A stretch of DNA of 64,000 nucleotides from Entomortierella parvispora E1425 (Eukaryota > Fungi > Mortierellomycota). The stretch is from positions 806,001 through 870,000 of the forward strand of contig BQFW01000009.1 in NCBI GenBank assembly GCA_020891255.1, in the 5' to 3' direction. Positions 10,943-21,823 of this stretch are shown here, piece by piece. How positions within the stretch are numbered: the stretch's first letter is position 1; each line of letters opens with the position of its first letter. The notes below the pieces were generated by a model, which had not been told where the DNA came from, did no database searches, and saw only the letters and a list, made by a program, of their open reading frames with translations. The position numbers and the translations under genes were made by a program.

Positions 10943-13900
10943 ATGAAGTCCGTTCTCTGGAACATGAAGATGTTCAGGTCCAGTAACGATAGCAACACTA
11001 GTCTTAATAGCACCCACAGCATCTCTCATCCTACACCTTTACCAATAACCTCCAACAACTCTTCTAAGGCCTTGACGATTTTGTCTCAACACAATCGGTC
11101 AACGCCCAACTTGGAGTCGTTCACTGTTACTTCTACTCGCCCATCGCCATCAATACCTACCTCCTCGTCAACAATCCCTTCAACAACTGCTGCCGCCACT
11201 ATGTCAAATCCATCTGCGCCCTTGCCATTCAACAATACATCAAGTCCTCCAAAGAAACAGCGTGGATTGTTTTTTGGCTTTCAAAACTCGTCCGTTCAAA
11301 GCTTGCTCCAAATGACTTTTCATTCAAACTCAAGTGATCGTGAACTCTCATCATCGTCGTCTTTGAAAGGAGGTCCTCCAGATTCTCCATTCCACTGTAA
11401 TAAGATGGAGATGGTGGATTCTCAGGCGGCTACCTCTTCGTCCTCTTCCTCGGCTTCTAGATCTGTTTTGATGGAAAGCACCACAATCTATTACCACCCT
11501 CCACCCCCGAAACAAGAATATGAAGATGAGGACAAGCTCGAGTGCATGGATACGATGAGGACTGCAGAAAACAAAAAAGGCAAAGTTAAGAACAAGAGTC
11601 GTCGGGACGAACCACCCGAAATGGATTCTTTTGACCAGAGTCGCAAGCAGCAGCATCCACAAAAGCAGCAAAGTAATTGTGGCCAATGTCATCATCATCA
11701 TGGTCCGTCAAAGGACCGCATGCTGTCTCTAGCTTTGTTCGACAGTATGGATGAACTACGGCGAAGACGGCGCGATCTAGGACAACTCGTTGCTGGCAGG
11801 CTCTCTGCCCCGGATATTCGCACTGCGACCTCTAGTTCGATGGCACCCACCCGTCAGGCATCCCCTACACCAACTCATTACAGTCAACAGGAGTATCATT
11901 CTGCTTCTGTGAATTCAGCTGCGTGGCACACAATGAGCCAGATTCAACATCATCGCCGCGACTGTGAATACGCTTTGCAGTTGCAGCAAAAGCAACAAAA
12001 GAACTTGAACGAAGATGAAAGCGCACCGGGAGTTATCGCGTCGCTCGTGGAGTGGAAGGTGAATCAGCCCAGGCAACAACAACAAGATGACCAAAGAAGG
12101 CCGTTCTTGGACAAACAACTTCCTGACATCCCAATTCAAGCCGCCATCACCAGAGGCGGTACAGGGAGCAGGAACCAAAGGAGGAGATCGCAAACAACAG
12201 CAACGAGCAATGCAAGACAAGTCCCCGATGGATTGCCTCTTCCACAACAGCCAGTGGCACCTCCTCGCCCACCTCCACCTCAATTGCCTTCGTCTATATT
12301 TGCCTCTGGAATGACCACGACACATCGCTCTCGATCATCATCCACCATTAAACCAAGGATCAAAGTGGGAAGCACCAACGTGCCCACCCTCTCGGCTCTC
12401 ACATCTCCGCCTCCGACAACCCCTCTGCCTCCGACCCCTGCTTCAAAACCGCAAGCGCCCCTGCTGCCCTCCCCTCTCCCTTCAGATCACCTAGATGTAT
12501 TCTTTCCGCCACCACCTCCTTCATCGACAAAGCCCGTTGTTCCAACTGTGGACACTTCCATATCATGCTCTTCGTCACCCTCCTCGTCGCCATCCTCGTC
12601 GCCTTCGACAGGGGAGCCCAGGATCGACAATCTAGTCAAGGTTGTTGACAGTCTTAGTGATACCGTCGAGACTTTGCAGCGAAAGATTGCCATGATGCTC
12701 ATGCTCGAGGAGCAGGCAAATGCTTCTCCTGGGACAATAATCAACTTGATCAAGAAAGAACCAGGAACAGGGAGGCATCAGTCGGAAATGATGAAGAATC
12801 AGGTTTGTAAGAGAACCATCGCCAGTGCAAGCATCAGGGACAGTTCTGAGTGGCGCCAAACACAGACTTGTGATATCCAGAGTGCAAGCATAGGAGGAGG
12901 ATGCACGCTTGGTAGACGATCCACCACGGCACACTGCTTGATGAGTGGAGTAGAGTCGCAGGCACGACGCAACATTCGGGGATCGACGCAATGGACGACT
13001 TCAACGGTCGCGTCTGATCCCACAGTCACTGCTGAGAGTGTCACTGGTGTTGGTACTGGGATTGCTACCAGCGGTTTGACAGCGTCGTTGGCAGCGACCC
13101 TGTCGAGCTTTATTCCCTTGGTCACTGCTTTGCCGGTCACGAATAGGATCGTGCCACCTTCATCCACTCTGACCCCCGCCACCACAAGTTCGTCTGTCCC
13201 AGTTCGGCCTTCGCGACCAGATGGGTCGAGCCAGGAGTTGAAAGAGGCTCTGGAAGTCATTGACTCGAGGCTGGTTCTCCTGCAATATGAATGGCCTCAA
13301 ATACCTTATATTGCGGCTGCAGATGCCAGAACCACAGAGCCACGCGCTGTGGCTGCCCCATCTTCCGAAGCCGGCATCTCGCCACCTTCTTCATCATCCA
13401 GTAGCTCGTCCTCGTCCACATTTCTTCGACCGCCTCCGCCACCTTCTATCCTGACTGCACCGACAACCACTCCATCAGGTCATCTCGCACCAGCCTCCCC
13501 TGCTCCTCGTTCATCTACTTCGCCTCTCTCTCAATCGACCACTTACCCGTGCCTTTCCACGAATCAGTTTCTTTTCCCTGCACCACCGGCCCTTCCCTTG
13601 CCATCCCTACCAGCCCCACCGTTTTCCCCTGACGAAATACTCCAAAAAAGCAAGACCGCTTCGTCCTATGCATGCGAGCTCGTGAGGAAAAACACCCGTC
13701 GGTGCCAGACCCTCGATGACGAACTACAATGCATGGTGAATCGCCTTCAAAGCGAACTCAGACAGCAATACAGACGGCAACAGCAACGACGTCGTCTTCA
13801 TGAGCTTGAGCTGGCAGCTGGATTAGGATCGAACCCCAATACAGGCTTGTCAGCAACGACGACGACGACCGCTATGGGAGAGAGAAGAGGCTCTTGGAAA

Positions 13901-14254
13901 GCGAAGCCGACGAGGACGGCGTCATTGGCCTTGTCAGATGCACCCTCCTCTCAAGATGCTCAGCTAGAGAAATCAGCCTCTCGTCGTCGAGGCGACTATC
14001 GCAGACGCGGTCGCATCACCCCGCCTACATCGGCTGCGGTCGCCTCCTCTGCAACAGCAGTGGATTCGGAGAATGAGGACGATTATCTTTTGGACTGTGG
14101 ACCAGAGACAAGACAACTACTGGACAGCATCGAAGAGATTCGGAAACGCGTCTTGGAAGTAGGGCGGCTTGGAGTGGGCATGGGTTTCGGGATCAGCATG
14201 GGGTCTTCTTCACCTCCTTCCTCGGCGTATCCTTGCAGCCACCCCAAGATTTAA
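10943..14254 (+). CDS. Hypothetical 1103-aa Ser/Pro/Thr-rich, largely disordered protein with short coiled-coil segments
   Basis: 3.3-kb uninterrupted ORF with many PxxP motifs and amphipathic stretches (IDNLVKVVDSLSDTVETLQRKI; LDDELQCMVNRLQSEL). No domain recognised. Confidence 0.75.
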   Translation: MKSVLWNMKMFRSSNDSNTSLNSTHSISHPTPLPITSNNSSKALTILSQHNRSTPNLESFTVTSTRPSPSIPTSSSTIPSTTAAATMSNPSAPLPFNNTSSPPKKQRGLFFGFQNSSVQSLLQMTFHSNSSDRELSSSSSLKGGPPDSPFHCNKMEMVDSQAATSSSSSSASRSVLMESTTIYYHPPPPKQEYEDEDKLECMDTMRTAENKKGKVKNKSRRDEPPEMDSFDQSRKQQHPQKQQSNCGQCHHHHGPSKDRMLSLALFDSMDELRRRRRDLGQLVAGRLSAPDIRTATSSSMAPTRQASPTPTHYSQQEYHSASVNSAAWHTMSQIQHHRRDCEYALQLQQKQQKNLNEDESAPGVIASLVEWKVNQPRQQQQDDQRRPFLDKQLPDIPIQAAITRGGTGSRNQRRRSQTTATSNARQVPDGLPLPQQPVAPPRPPPPQLPSSIFASGMTTTHRSRSSSTIKPRIKVGSTNVPTLSALTSPPPTTPLPPTPASKPQAPLLPSPLPSDHLDVFFPPPPPSSTKPVVPTVDTSISCSSSPSSSPSSSPSTGEPRIDNLVKVVDSLSDTVETLQRKIAMMLMLEEQANASPGTIINLIKKEPGTGRHQSEMMKNQVCKRTIASASIRDSSEWRQTQTCDIQSASIGGGCTLGRRSTTAHCLMSGVESQARRNIRGSTQWTTSTVASDPTVTAESVTGVGTGIATSGLTASLAATLSSFIPLVTALPVTNRIVPPSSTLTPATTSSSVPVRPSRPDGSSQELKEALEVIDSRLVLLQYEWPQIPYIAAADARTTEPRAVAAPSSEAGISPPSSSSSSSSSSTFLRPPPPPSILTAPTTTPSGHLAPASPAPRSSTSPLSQSTTYPCLSTNQFLFPAPPALPLPSLPAPPFSPDEILQKSKTASSYACELVRKNTRRCQTLDDELQCMVNRLQSELRQQYRRQQQRRRLHELELAAGLGSNPNTGLSATTTTTAMGERRGSWKAKPTRTASLALSDAPSSQDAQLEKSASRRRGDYRRRGRITPPTSAAVASSATAVDSENEDDYLLDCGPETRQLLDSIEEIRKRVLEVGRLGVGMGFGISMGSSSPPSSAYPCSHPKI

Positions 14255-14383
14255 ATAAAGTCCATCGTCTTTTTACCTTTCCTTGACTGGCAATGAGTGA
14301 GGAATGAAAGGTCGGGAAAAGGTCGATATGACATTTTTATTACGATTATTAGGACGAGTATAAAAACGACAAGACAGAACTTG

Positions 14384-16453
14384 CTAATCATCGTCATTCA
14401 AAACGTTGCGGATCAGGTCTCGAATGTGCGTGACATTGGGCACGGACAAGATCTGGGTGCCAGGCGATCCCATCGACGACACGTTCGAATAACTCATGGC
14501 GGGGGAAGAATCGGCCGCGGACGCAAACACATCCGAACCCGAACCCGTCTCGTAGGCCGAGGATCGCGTGAAGGCATCGGCGTGGTATCCGCCAGACGCC
14601 GTGGTGGGTTGCGATCCGGTCGCGCCTCCCAGGTTGGAATAACCGATGGCGCTGTTGTGGTCAAGGTTGGGTGTGACCGCCAACTGGGTTCCTTGCTCAC
14701 TCGACGCTGCCATGCTTCCGGCAACACCTTCAGCTTCAGACTCGGCCGAGATCTCACGAGCAGAAAGATATGCCTGAGATGGCGAACCAGTGTCCAGGTA
14801 ATAAAGACTTTGACTATCCCCCACATCTTGAACTTCTTCCTGGTCATAGCGGGTGGCCGCCGCCGCCGCCTCTTCATCGTCAAAGGTCTGCTTCAACATC
14901 ATCAAGTGGTTCACAGCCGCTGCTGCCGCACCAGCTCCCAGGGACACAGCCGCTCCTGCACGCGTACTCACAGGGGCATTGTCAGCAGCACCGAAACTAT
15001 CCGTTAGGGAATCTTGGCTGGCGACCGACATTCGGTTCGCAAGATCGTACTGTTGCTTCAATGCATCGCTGGTCGTAGGCGGAACTGGGAAGGACAACAA
15101 GGTCGGATTCGAGGCGGCTCCAGCTCCAGCTCCAGCGACTGCACGGCTAAGCGAGCCACCCGATCCTGCACTTTGATCACTGACACGGCGACTGTTGTTG
15201 GGATGATTTCCATGTCCTTCCACGTCCTCGTATCCATAAGCCCCAATGGCTGCAGCAGCACCCATGCCTGCACCGGCAGCGGCGTACGAGTAATCGACGC
15301 CAGACTGGTAACTGGGCTCGGGTCTGTGAACATATGGTCCTGCCTGATGCAAGCTGGGCAAGCTGGGGGCCGATCCTCCATCACTGCCAGCGTCGACAGC
15401 TGTAGCGCCAAGACCATAGCCGTACTCCTTGCCACCGTACAAATCATCCTCATATCCCGCGCGTGCAATGATGGGGCTGATACCGCCAGCACCACCTCCG
15501 ACCGAGGCTCCGTAGATGGAAAGATCCCTGGCCTGATCCTCTCTAATTCTCTTGCGTTTGCGGGTCATCACGAATCCAAAGACAATCAAGGCAATCGCAG
15601 CAACGCCTCCGACGGCTCCCAGTGCAGCCGCAGGCACGTTGGTGTTATTGCCTGATTTCTGCGTTTGAGGGCCACTGGGGCCTGGGGGCAATCCAGCCAA
15701 GGGGGAACCACTGGGATTGAAGGAACCAGAGCCAGTGGATTGAGTGGGGAGAGCAGCGGTCGAGGTGAAGTTGATTTGGACAACGGTCGTGACAGGGATC
15801 AGGGTCGTGGTGCCAGAGATTACAGTGGGGACTAAGGTATAAGCGGTAGTGTAGGTGGGGACATGGGTCACAGTCGTGCCAGGTGGGGCAGTTGTCGCAG
15901 GGGGGACCGCTGTAGTAGGGGCCTGTGTTGGTGGCAACTCTGTAGACTTTGATGGTGGAGGTGGAGGAGGAGGAGGAGGTGGTGGTGGTGGTGGTGGTGG
16001 AGGAGGTGGAGGTGGAGGAGGCGGAGGAGGCGGAGGAGGAGCTGTGACGGTGAAGGACGAGCACTCGATCCCGAAGGGAATGATATGGGCAAGATGAAGA
16101 AGATCCCAATATGTTCCAGTGTAATATACGTAGTACTGGTTGTTGGAACATCCACTGTTGTAAAGACTCGAGGGGACAGTCCAAGTATCCCCGCTCGAGA
16201 CCGAAAAGGACTCTACTTTGCTGTCGGAGGAGGAGCAGTAGATGTTGGCAGTTGTACCATACATGTATTTGACTTCTGGCCACCAGCCGTTGTCGCTCAA
16301 GGAGAACGTAAGTGAGTTGCCAACCTGATAACTGCCGGTGGGTGACTGACAGCTCACAGAAGCTTCGACAAAGGGGGAGAGAAGGGCCAGGACGACGGCA
16401 ACAGTGGCCGTGGTTGCCCTGGACTTTTTCTTTTTGGAGGGTGTGTATTTCAT
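14384..16453 (-). CDS. Type I single-pass cell-surface protein (signal peptide, 4-Cys ectodomain, poly-Pro/Thr stalk, TM, long cytosolic tail)
   Basis: ATG at 16453 (MKYTPSKKKKSRATTATVAVVLALLSPFVEA|SVSC), about 29 consecutive Pro, a Thr-rich stalk, TM AAALGAVGGVAAIALIVFGFVM, and stop-transfer TRKRKR. Confidence 0.85.
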   Translation of the reverse strand: MKYTPSKKKKSRATTATVAVVLALLSPFVEASVSCQSPTGSYQVGNSLTFSLSDNGWWPEVKYMYGTTANIYCSSSDSKVESFSVSSGDTWTVPSSLYNSGCSNNQYYVYYTGTYWDLLHLAHIIPFGIECSSFTVTAPPPPPPPPPPPPPPPPPPPPPPPPPPPPPSKSTELPPTQAPTTAVPPATTAPPGTTVTHVPTYTTAYTLVPTVISGTTTLIPVTTVVQINFTSTAALPTQSTGSGSFNPSGSPLAGLPPGPSGPQTQKSGNNTNVPAAALGAVGGVAAIALIVFGFVMTRKRKRIREDQARDLSIYGASVGGGAGGISPIIARAGYEDDLYGGKEYGYGLGATAVDAGSDGGSAPSLPSLHQAGPYVHRPEPSYQSGVDYSYAAAGAGMGAAAAIGAYGYEDVEGHGNHPNNSRRVSDQSAGSGGSLSRAVAGAGAGAASNPTLLSFPVPPTTSDALKQQYDLANRMSVASQDSLTDSFGAADNAPVSTRAGAAVSLGAGAAAAAVNHLMMLKQTFDDEEAAAAATRYDQEEVQDVGDSQSLYYLDTGSPSQAYLSAREISAESEAEGVAGSMAASSEQGTQLAVTPNLDHNSAIGYSNLGGATGSQPTTASGGYHADAFTRSSAYETGSGSDVFASAADSSPAMSYSNVSSMGSPGTQILSVPNVTHIRDLIRNVLNDDD

Positions 16454-17722
16454 GGTCGATTTAGAAGGATGGCATGAAGGGGACAGCGATGACGGGGGAG
16501 GATTGGGGTATCGAGATATCTCTCTGCAAGTCAAAGGTGAGTGAAGATCGACGCGGAGGAATGGGAGAAGGGAAGGGGGTCGATTTGTGGAGAGGGCGGA
16601 AAGGGAGAAGGGAAGGGGGGCAGGAAGGAGAACGACAAACCAACAAGAAGAGAAACAAGAGGCAGCAAAGTGAAAGAAAAAGGACGGACCCCACCCCGCT
16701 GGGGGCGGCCATTCAGACGGCCATTCAGGCACAACTCATATCCTCCACGCCGTCGTCCCTCACTGGTCTTTTGTTCTTCAGCCGAAGAGAAAAGAGAGCA
16801 CGCTGCTTCTGGCGAGGGAGAGAGGCGCAGGGACAGAAAGAGAGAGAGAGATGTTGTGCCCTGTTGAGAGCATATTGCTCTACCGCGCACGCTGCTTGGT
16901 TCATCCATCCTCCCCAAACGCTTAAATAAAAAAACCCTCGGGGCCTTTTCTCTCCTCCGCACAATGTGGTCAGACTAGCCCAGTGTTGATTCATCAAGGA
17001 GGAGACGAGAGAAAAAAACTGTTTCGTCATGGAGAGCTTGGATCGCTACCTTGCCGTTGGTAAACCCTCCATTCCTTCTGCTATTGTTGTTGTTGTTGTT
17101 GTTATTGTTGTCGTTGTTGTTGTTGCAGCGGTTGACCCCTCACGTTCACTTTCAAAAGAAAGGCCTCGACTATTTGCCCTCGGCTCCCCGCTGAAAAATG
17201 TGGCCGTTGTTTGTTGACTCAAACACTCAAACACTCACCCACTTCTCTCTCTCGCTCTCTCCCACAAAAAAAAAGTATATGCTCTCTGATTTATCTTTGC
17301 CGTGCGGTATTGAAATGAGGCTGGCTGCCCGACCAGTGGCCACAATCGTTCCTCAGACCCATGTGCCAGTACCTGAGCAATAGAGCATCCATCCATGAAA
17401 TCGATCGAGAAGACGCAGACTGTGCAAAAGAAATTACCATGCCCTCAAAATCAACTGCTTGTGCAACAGTGCGTGAAAAAAACTGCTCACGATTCGCAAA
17501 AAAAAAAAAAAAAAAAAAAAAAAGAGATGGTCAGCTCAGAACGGTGTCCGTGTCCGTGTCCGTGTCAGTGTTAGTTTATTTTGCCGTCCCTTCTTCTTCT
17601 TCTTCGCCCGTGACTTCTTGCGCCTTCACTGCCGAGTTGTTCAAGTGGTCTTTGATTGTGTTGGATGTGCCTCTAGGCATGTTGCGATCTCTCAGTGTTG
17701 AAGCAATGAAGGATCACCTCGC

Positions 17723-17755
<33 letters not shown>

Positions 17756-18488
17756 CGGCACCCGTTGACGGCTCCTCTCGTCAACTTTATCCGAGACGAA
17801 TCGCTGTCCAAGATCCGTCGCTCAACGTTTCTTTGGACATCTAAGGTTTTCCGTTGTGGCTCTGACCTTGCAAGCAGCAGACCAGACGGAGATGTCTGGC
17901 AGGGAACACACAATCAGTCTCGACATGTACTGAACATTCTCAACGCTTCAAAGGCGACATGCGCACGCGCGTGCTAAATCCAAGAAATGATAGTGTGTAT
18001 CTCTTACGTCCTGAAGATACCACTCGAGAGCATGGGACCCGATCGTGCAATGGCTCTGCTGGGTTGTGTCCGCTGCTGTTCCTCCCCCTCCTCCCGGTCC
18101 TTTTGTTCTCGCAATTTGCAGGCACCGTTGCACAAAAATGCACTCAAATGGGTGTCCTGTCAAAACAAACACAAAGTATGCCCTCTACCTTTCCCATCTT
18201 CTCGCGAAGAACAGCTTCACGCCTCCTCTTAGCTCGCCATTCCGGGGAAGGGGAAGAAGGGGGAATTTGTTTCAATCGTTCCTAGCTCGGAACAAAGATA
18301 GAAGCTCGATCCGTTGAGGCACAAAGAAAGCGCCACAATTATTATATTTTTTTTAGGTCTCTTTGTTTGTTGAGAGGGGTTGTGCATTACGGAAATAGAA
18401 AGGGCTTATGAATGTGGTTCTGGAGGGACGGTGGGTGGAAGGCGCCCTTTTTTTTGTTGTTTGTCATCGCTAACGTAACAGCTCTCTC

Positions 18489-20072
18489 CTACCGAGGTGA
18501 TGATGATGAAGGAGCCAGGTCTTGCATTGGGATCCCTTTGTCTTGTTCCTCTTTCATCCCTGCAGTTCCTCCAGAGGCCAAGGTCGGTGATGATACTCCC
18601 GAAGTCTTGGAACTCTCCTCCTCAGGTGTAGGAGCAACGATTAGTTGAGGTGCCCTCCGCGTAGATGAAGACGACGTCAACATTGTGCTGGAGGACGTCA
18701 GTGGCAAACTGTTGAGACTTGCATTCCCAACAATAGCCGATTGCATAGCAGCAGGCGACCTAGCTGCGGAGCTAGGGGGTGGTGGAGGGAAATATCCACC
18801 TCCGGCACCAGCAGCCCCTGCAACACGTGGAGACACTGCAGATGAGACTCCGTAAAGATCGCCTTGATTACCGCCGTTATAGTATGCAGAGCCTGGACCG
18901 CGGTGAGCGGTTGGACCTGGCGTGGCCCCGCCTTGTCCGTAGTAAGGGTTATAATATTCGTCCTCATAGCCCTGCTGGTCATAACCCTCATACCCCTCAT
19001 ATCCCTGATGATAGTTTCCATATCCTTGCGGTGGACTGCGTGCATGAGCGTCGTTATATCCGTAGCCATCTTCTTCATAATACGCTCCAGTTGGTGGCAA
19101 GGGTTTATTCTTGCCCACCCCATAAGCTCCAGCACCTGTCACGGACGAAGCAGCGCCAAAAGAGCGAGGGCCGTCATCCGTCGAGGAGGAAATCTTGGCA
19201 AAGTTGTTGTTAGGTTGGTTGGACCAAGGCATGATCGCGTTCTCCATACGTCTACGTTTCTGTCGACGAAGGTACCACATTGAGCCGAATGCGAGCAGGA
19301 TCAGGACCAATCCAGCAATCTAAGAAAATGAAATAAAATACCAGATGGGGTCAGCTCTCCACAGTTCAGCCTTTCCTATTACCTGGTATCAAATATAACT
19401 TACAATAGCCACCACGACAATAATGGTTGTTGAAGGGCCTGAAGAGTCCTTGTCTGAATCCTTGTTGGTGGGTGTTGGCGTCGCTGAACTGGTCTGCCCT
19501 TTTGATGTCTCCGTGCTCCTGATGGTGGTTGTAGTCACTGCGGTACTTGTGGGCAGGCTGGTAGTGGTTGTGGCTGTTGGTACGGTCATATTGGGGCTCG
19601 GTAAGATCGTGATAGGGTCGCAAGACACTGGCCCCCAAGGAGTGGAGAGGAGAGGAATAGGGGCGTATGTTCCTGAGTAGAAGACATGGAATGCATTCCC
19701 TAAGCATGTTCCGGTAGTTCCCCCTGCTGTTGTGGCATTGCCGACACTGGGTACCGTCCAGTTGTTAGCGTGGGTCCAATCTGTTACAGGGAGCGTTGCG
19801 ATAGTCCGACCATCGTTGCACGCCAAGGTGGCGGTCAATGTAATAAGATTGGTAAACTGGGCACCACTTGTGGTTGCTGTCCAGTCTAGAGTCATGATGT
19901 CGCCTGCGCTGTAGATTCCACCACCCACCGGCTTTGCACAGACAATATCGGCTTGAACAAAGTCGACATTGGTAGAAAGAAGGGCCGTCAAGGCTGTCGC
20001 GAGGAGAAACGAAATACCGTTTCGGCGACGGGACGACTGTGGCCGGGACGGCTGATTTTGGTGGTTCCTCAT
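18489..20072 (-). CDS. Type I single-pass cell-surface protein, paralog of 14384-16453; exons 20072-19404, 19319-18489 (499 aa)
   Basis: Intron 19403-19320 (gtaagt...ttag) falls inside the TM helix and joins ...IIVVVAI|IAGLVLILLAFGSMWYLRRQKRRR. Signal peptide, 4-Cys domain, Thr stalk and a Tyr/Gly-rich tail. Confidence 0.85.
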
Positions 20073-20469
20073 TGTGGGGTTCTCTGAGAGGGGAATGAGG
20101 GGGATGAGTGTGTTGTAGGAGTGGATATGTCAAAAGACGAGGACGACGACAGGTATGGACGAAGAGGACCAATCTTCTACCACCAAAAGAGGACTATAAT
20201 TAAGCGGTTCCTGAACGTCGTGTTTTTGCGCGAAAGCGTCTCTTTGTCTCACTGTGCTGAATACGGAAGAAGAGGAGTGTAGACGGGTTGTTGTACTGCG
20301 TTGCAGGGATGGACGCAGCTTAGTGCAAGGAGGAAGAGATAGAAGGGAGGAGGAAGGAGGGGGCAGAAGGGGCAAGGAGTTGCGTGTTAGAGAGGAGTAG
20401 AGAGGAAAGGGTGTGGGACGAGGGACGACGGCACTCTGTTCCTGGAGGACAACAACGGTCGGGTTGTTC

Positions 20470-20508
20470 CTGGACTGGACTGAGCTGGACTGGACTGGAC
20501 TGGACTGA
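20470..20508. repeat. (GGACT)n pentanucleotide microsatellite upstream of the second surface-protein gene
   Basis: tggactggactgagctggactggactggactggactgag is read directly. Confidence 0.75.
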
Positions 20509-21823
20509 GTTTGGGCAAGAGAAAGAAGGGGGATCCCGTTGCTGATCTGCTCCTGCGGTGATGATGAATGCCAAAGTGGTGGAGATGAAGGAGGACAGAA
20601 CGGCAAAGGTGAATGGGACAAAGGGAAGGAGAAAGAAGGGAGGGAGGGAGAGACACAAAAGCGACCACACACACACACAGGAAAAAAAACGAGGGGAGCC
20701 GGACCTGCAGCGTCGCTTGACCCGAGCACACACAACTCTGTCGGGCAACCAAGCAAACCAGCCCGTTAGTTCGTTAGAGTTTCTGTCTCTGTGAGCACAA
20801 AGCAAGCGGACCCGCCCTTTCTCTCTCTCTCACTCTCTCTCACTCTCTCTGTGTGTGTGTGTGGTGCGTGTGTGTGTGTGTGTGTGTGTGTGCGTCTGTT
20901 GTTTGCCGTTTCTTTTCTTTTCTTTTCTTTTCTTGCTTCTTGGTCTTCTTTCATGTGGGCTCTTGTTCATGGTCATCAAGTGAAAAACAAATATCCTCCT
21001 CAACCTCCTCCCCGAACAGACGACAATTGACGGAGCAATCAACGTTCGCTCCCTCTCCGCTCCTCTCTCTTCTTTGTCGTCAGCAGAGTTATCATCATCT
21101 GAAAGTATAATTCGCTTTCTGTAATCGCCTGGATTGATTATGGCTGCTGCTGCTCTGTTAGTCTACCGCTGCAACTGCATAGCTGCAGTCTACTGCTGCA
21201 AACATCAAACCCCGTTGACCCCCCAGCACCAAGCGAAAGAGAGGGGTTGCGCCCAATGACAGCCCTGGCTTCCACTAGACTCGTTCAACCTGAATCCAAT
21301 AAAACAAAAAATGCAAAAGGATAACCAAGCTAAACGCTTGCGAGTGAAGGTCCCGCTTGTTTGTACAAGTTTACTTTTGTTCTTTTGTTCGCCCTTGCCG
21401 CCCATCAGGACTTTATTTGCTAGCCTTTGGAGTCGTCTTTGGTTTTGTACTAGGTGTTTGTGTTGAGGGCCTCCTCGTCTGATTCATGTACCGCAGAGCC
21501 AGACTACCAGGATCGAAGGACTTGCCGCGGGACCTGCATTCTTACAATGAACAGCACGAGGGAATTACAATAGCAGGGATACCCCAATAGTTTCAAGTAT
21601 ATTTGTCCAATTTCCATATCCTAGCACAAAAACTTTTTGTCTCGATATTTTACATACGAAGAGAGAAGGAAAGAGAGAGAGGAAAGGAAGGAAGAGAAGA
21701 GAGAGAAAGGCATCCTGCAGGGCGCGCTTCGATCAACTCCGTATCTTGTGTCTTCAGGTATACAGCACGTTCTTGGACATCCAAAAACCATCGTCACGAC
21801 TCTTGTTCATCTTGCCCCGTCAT

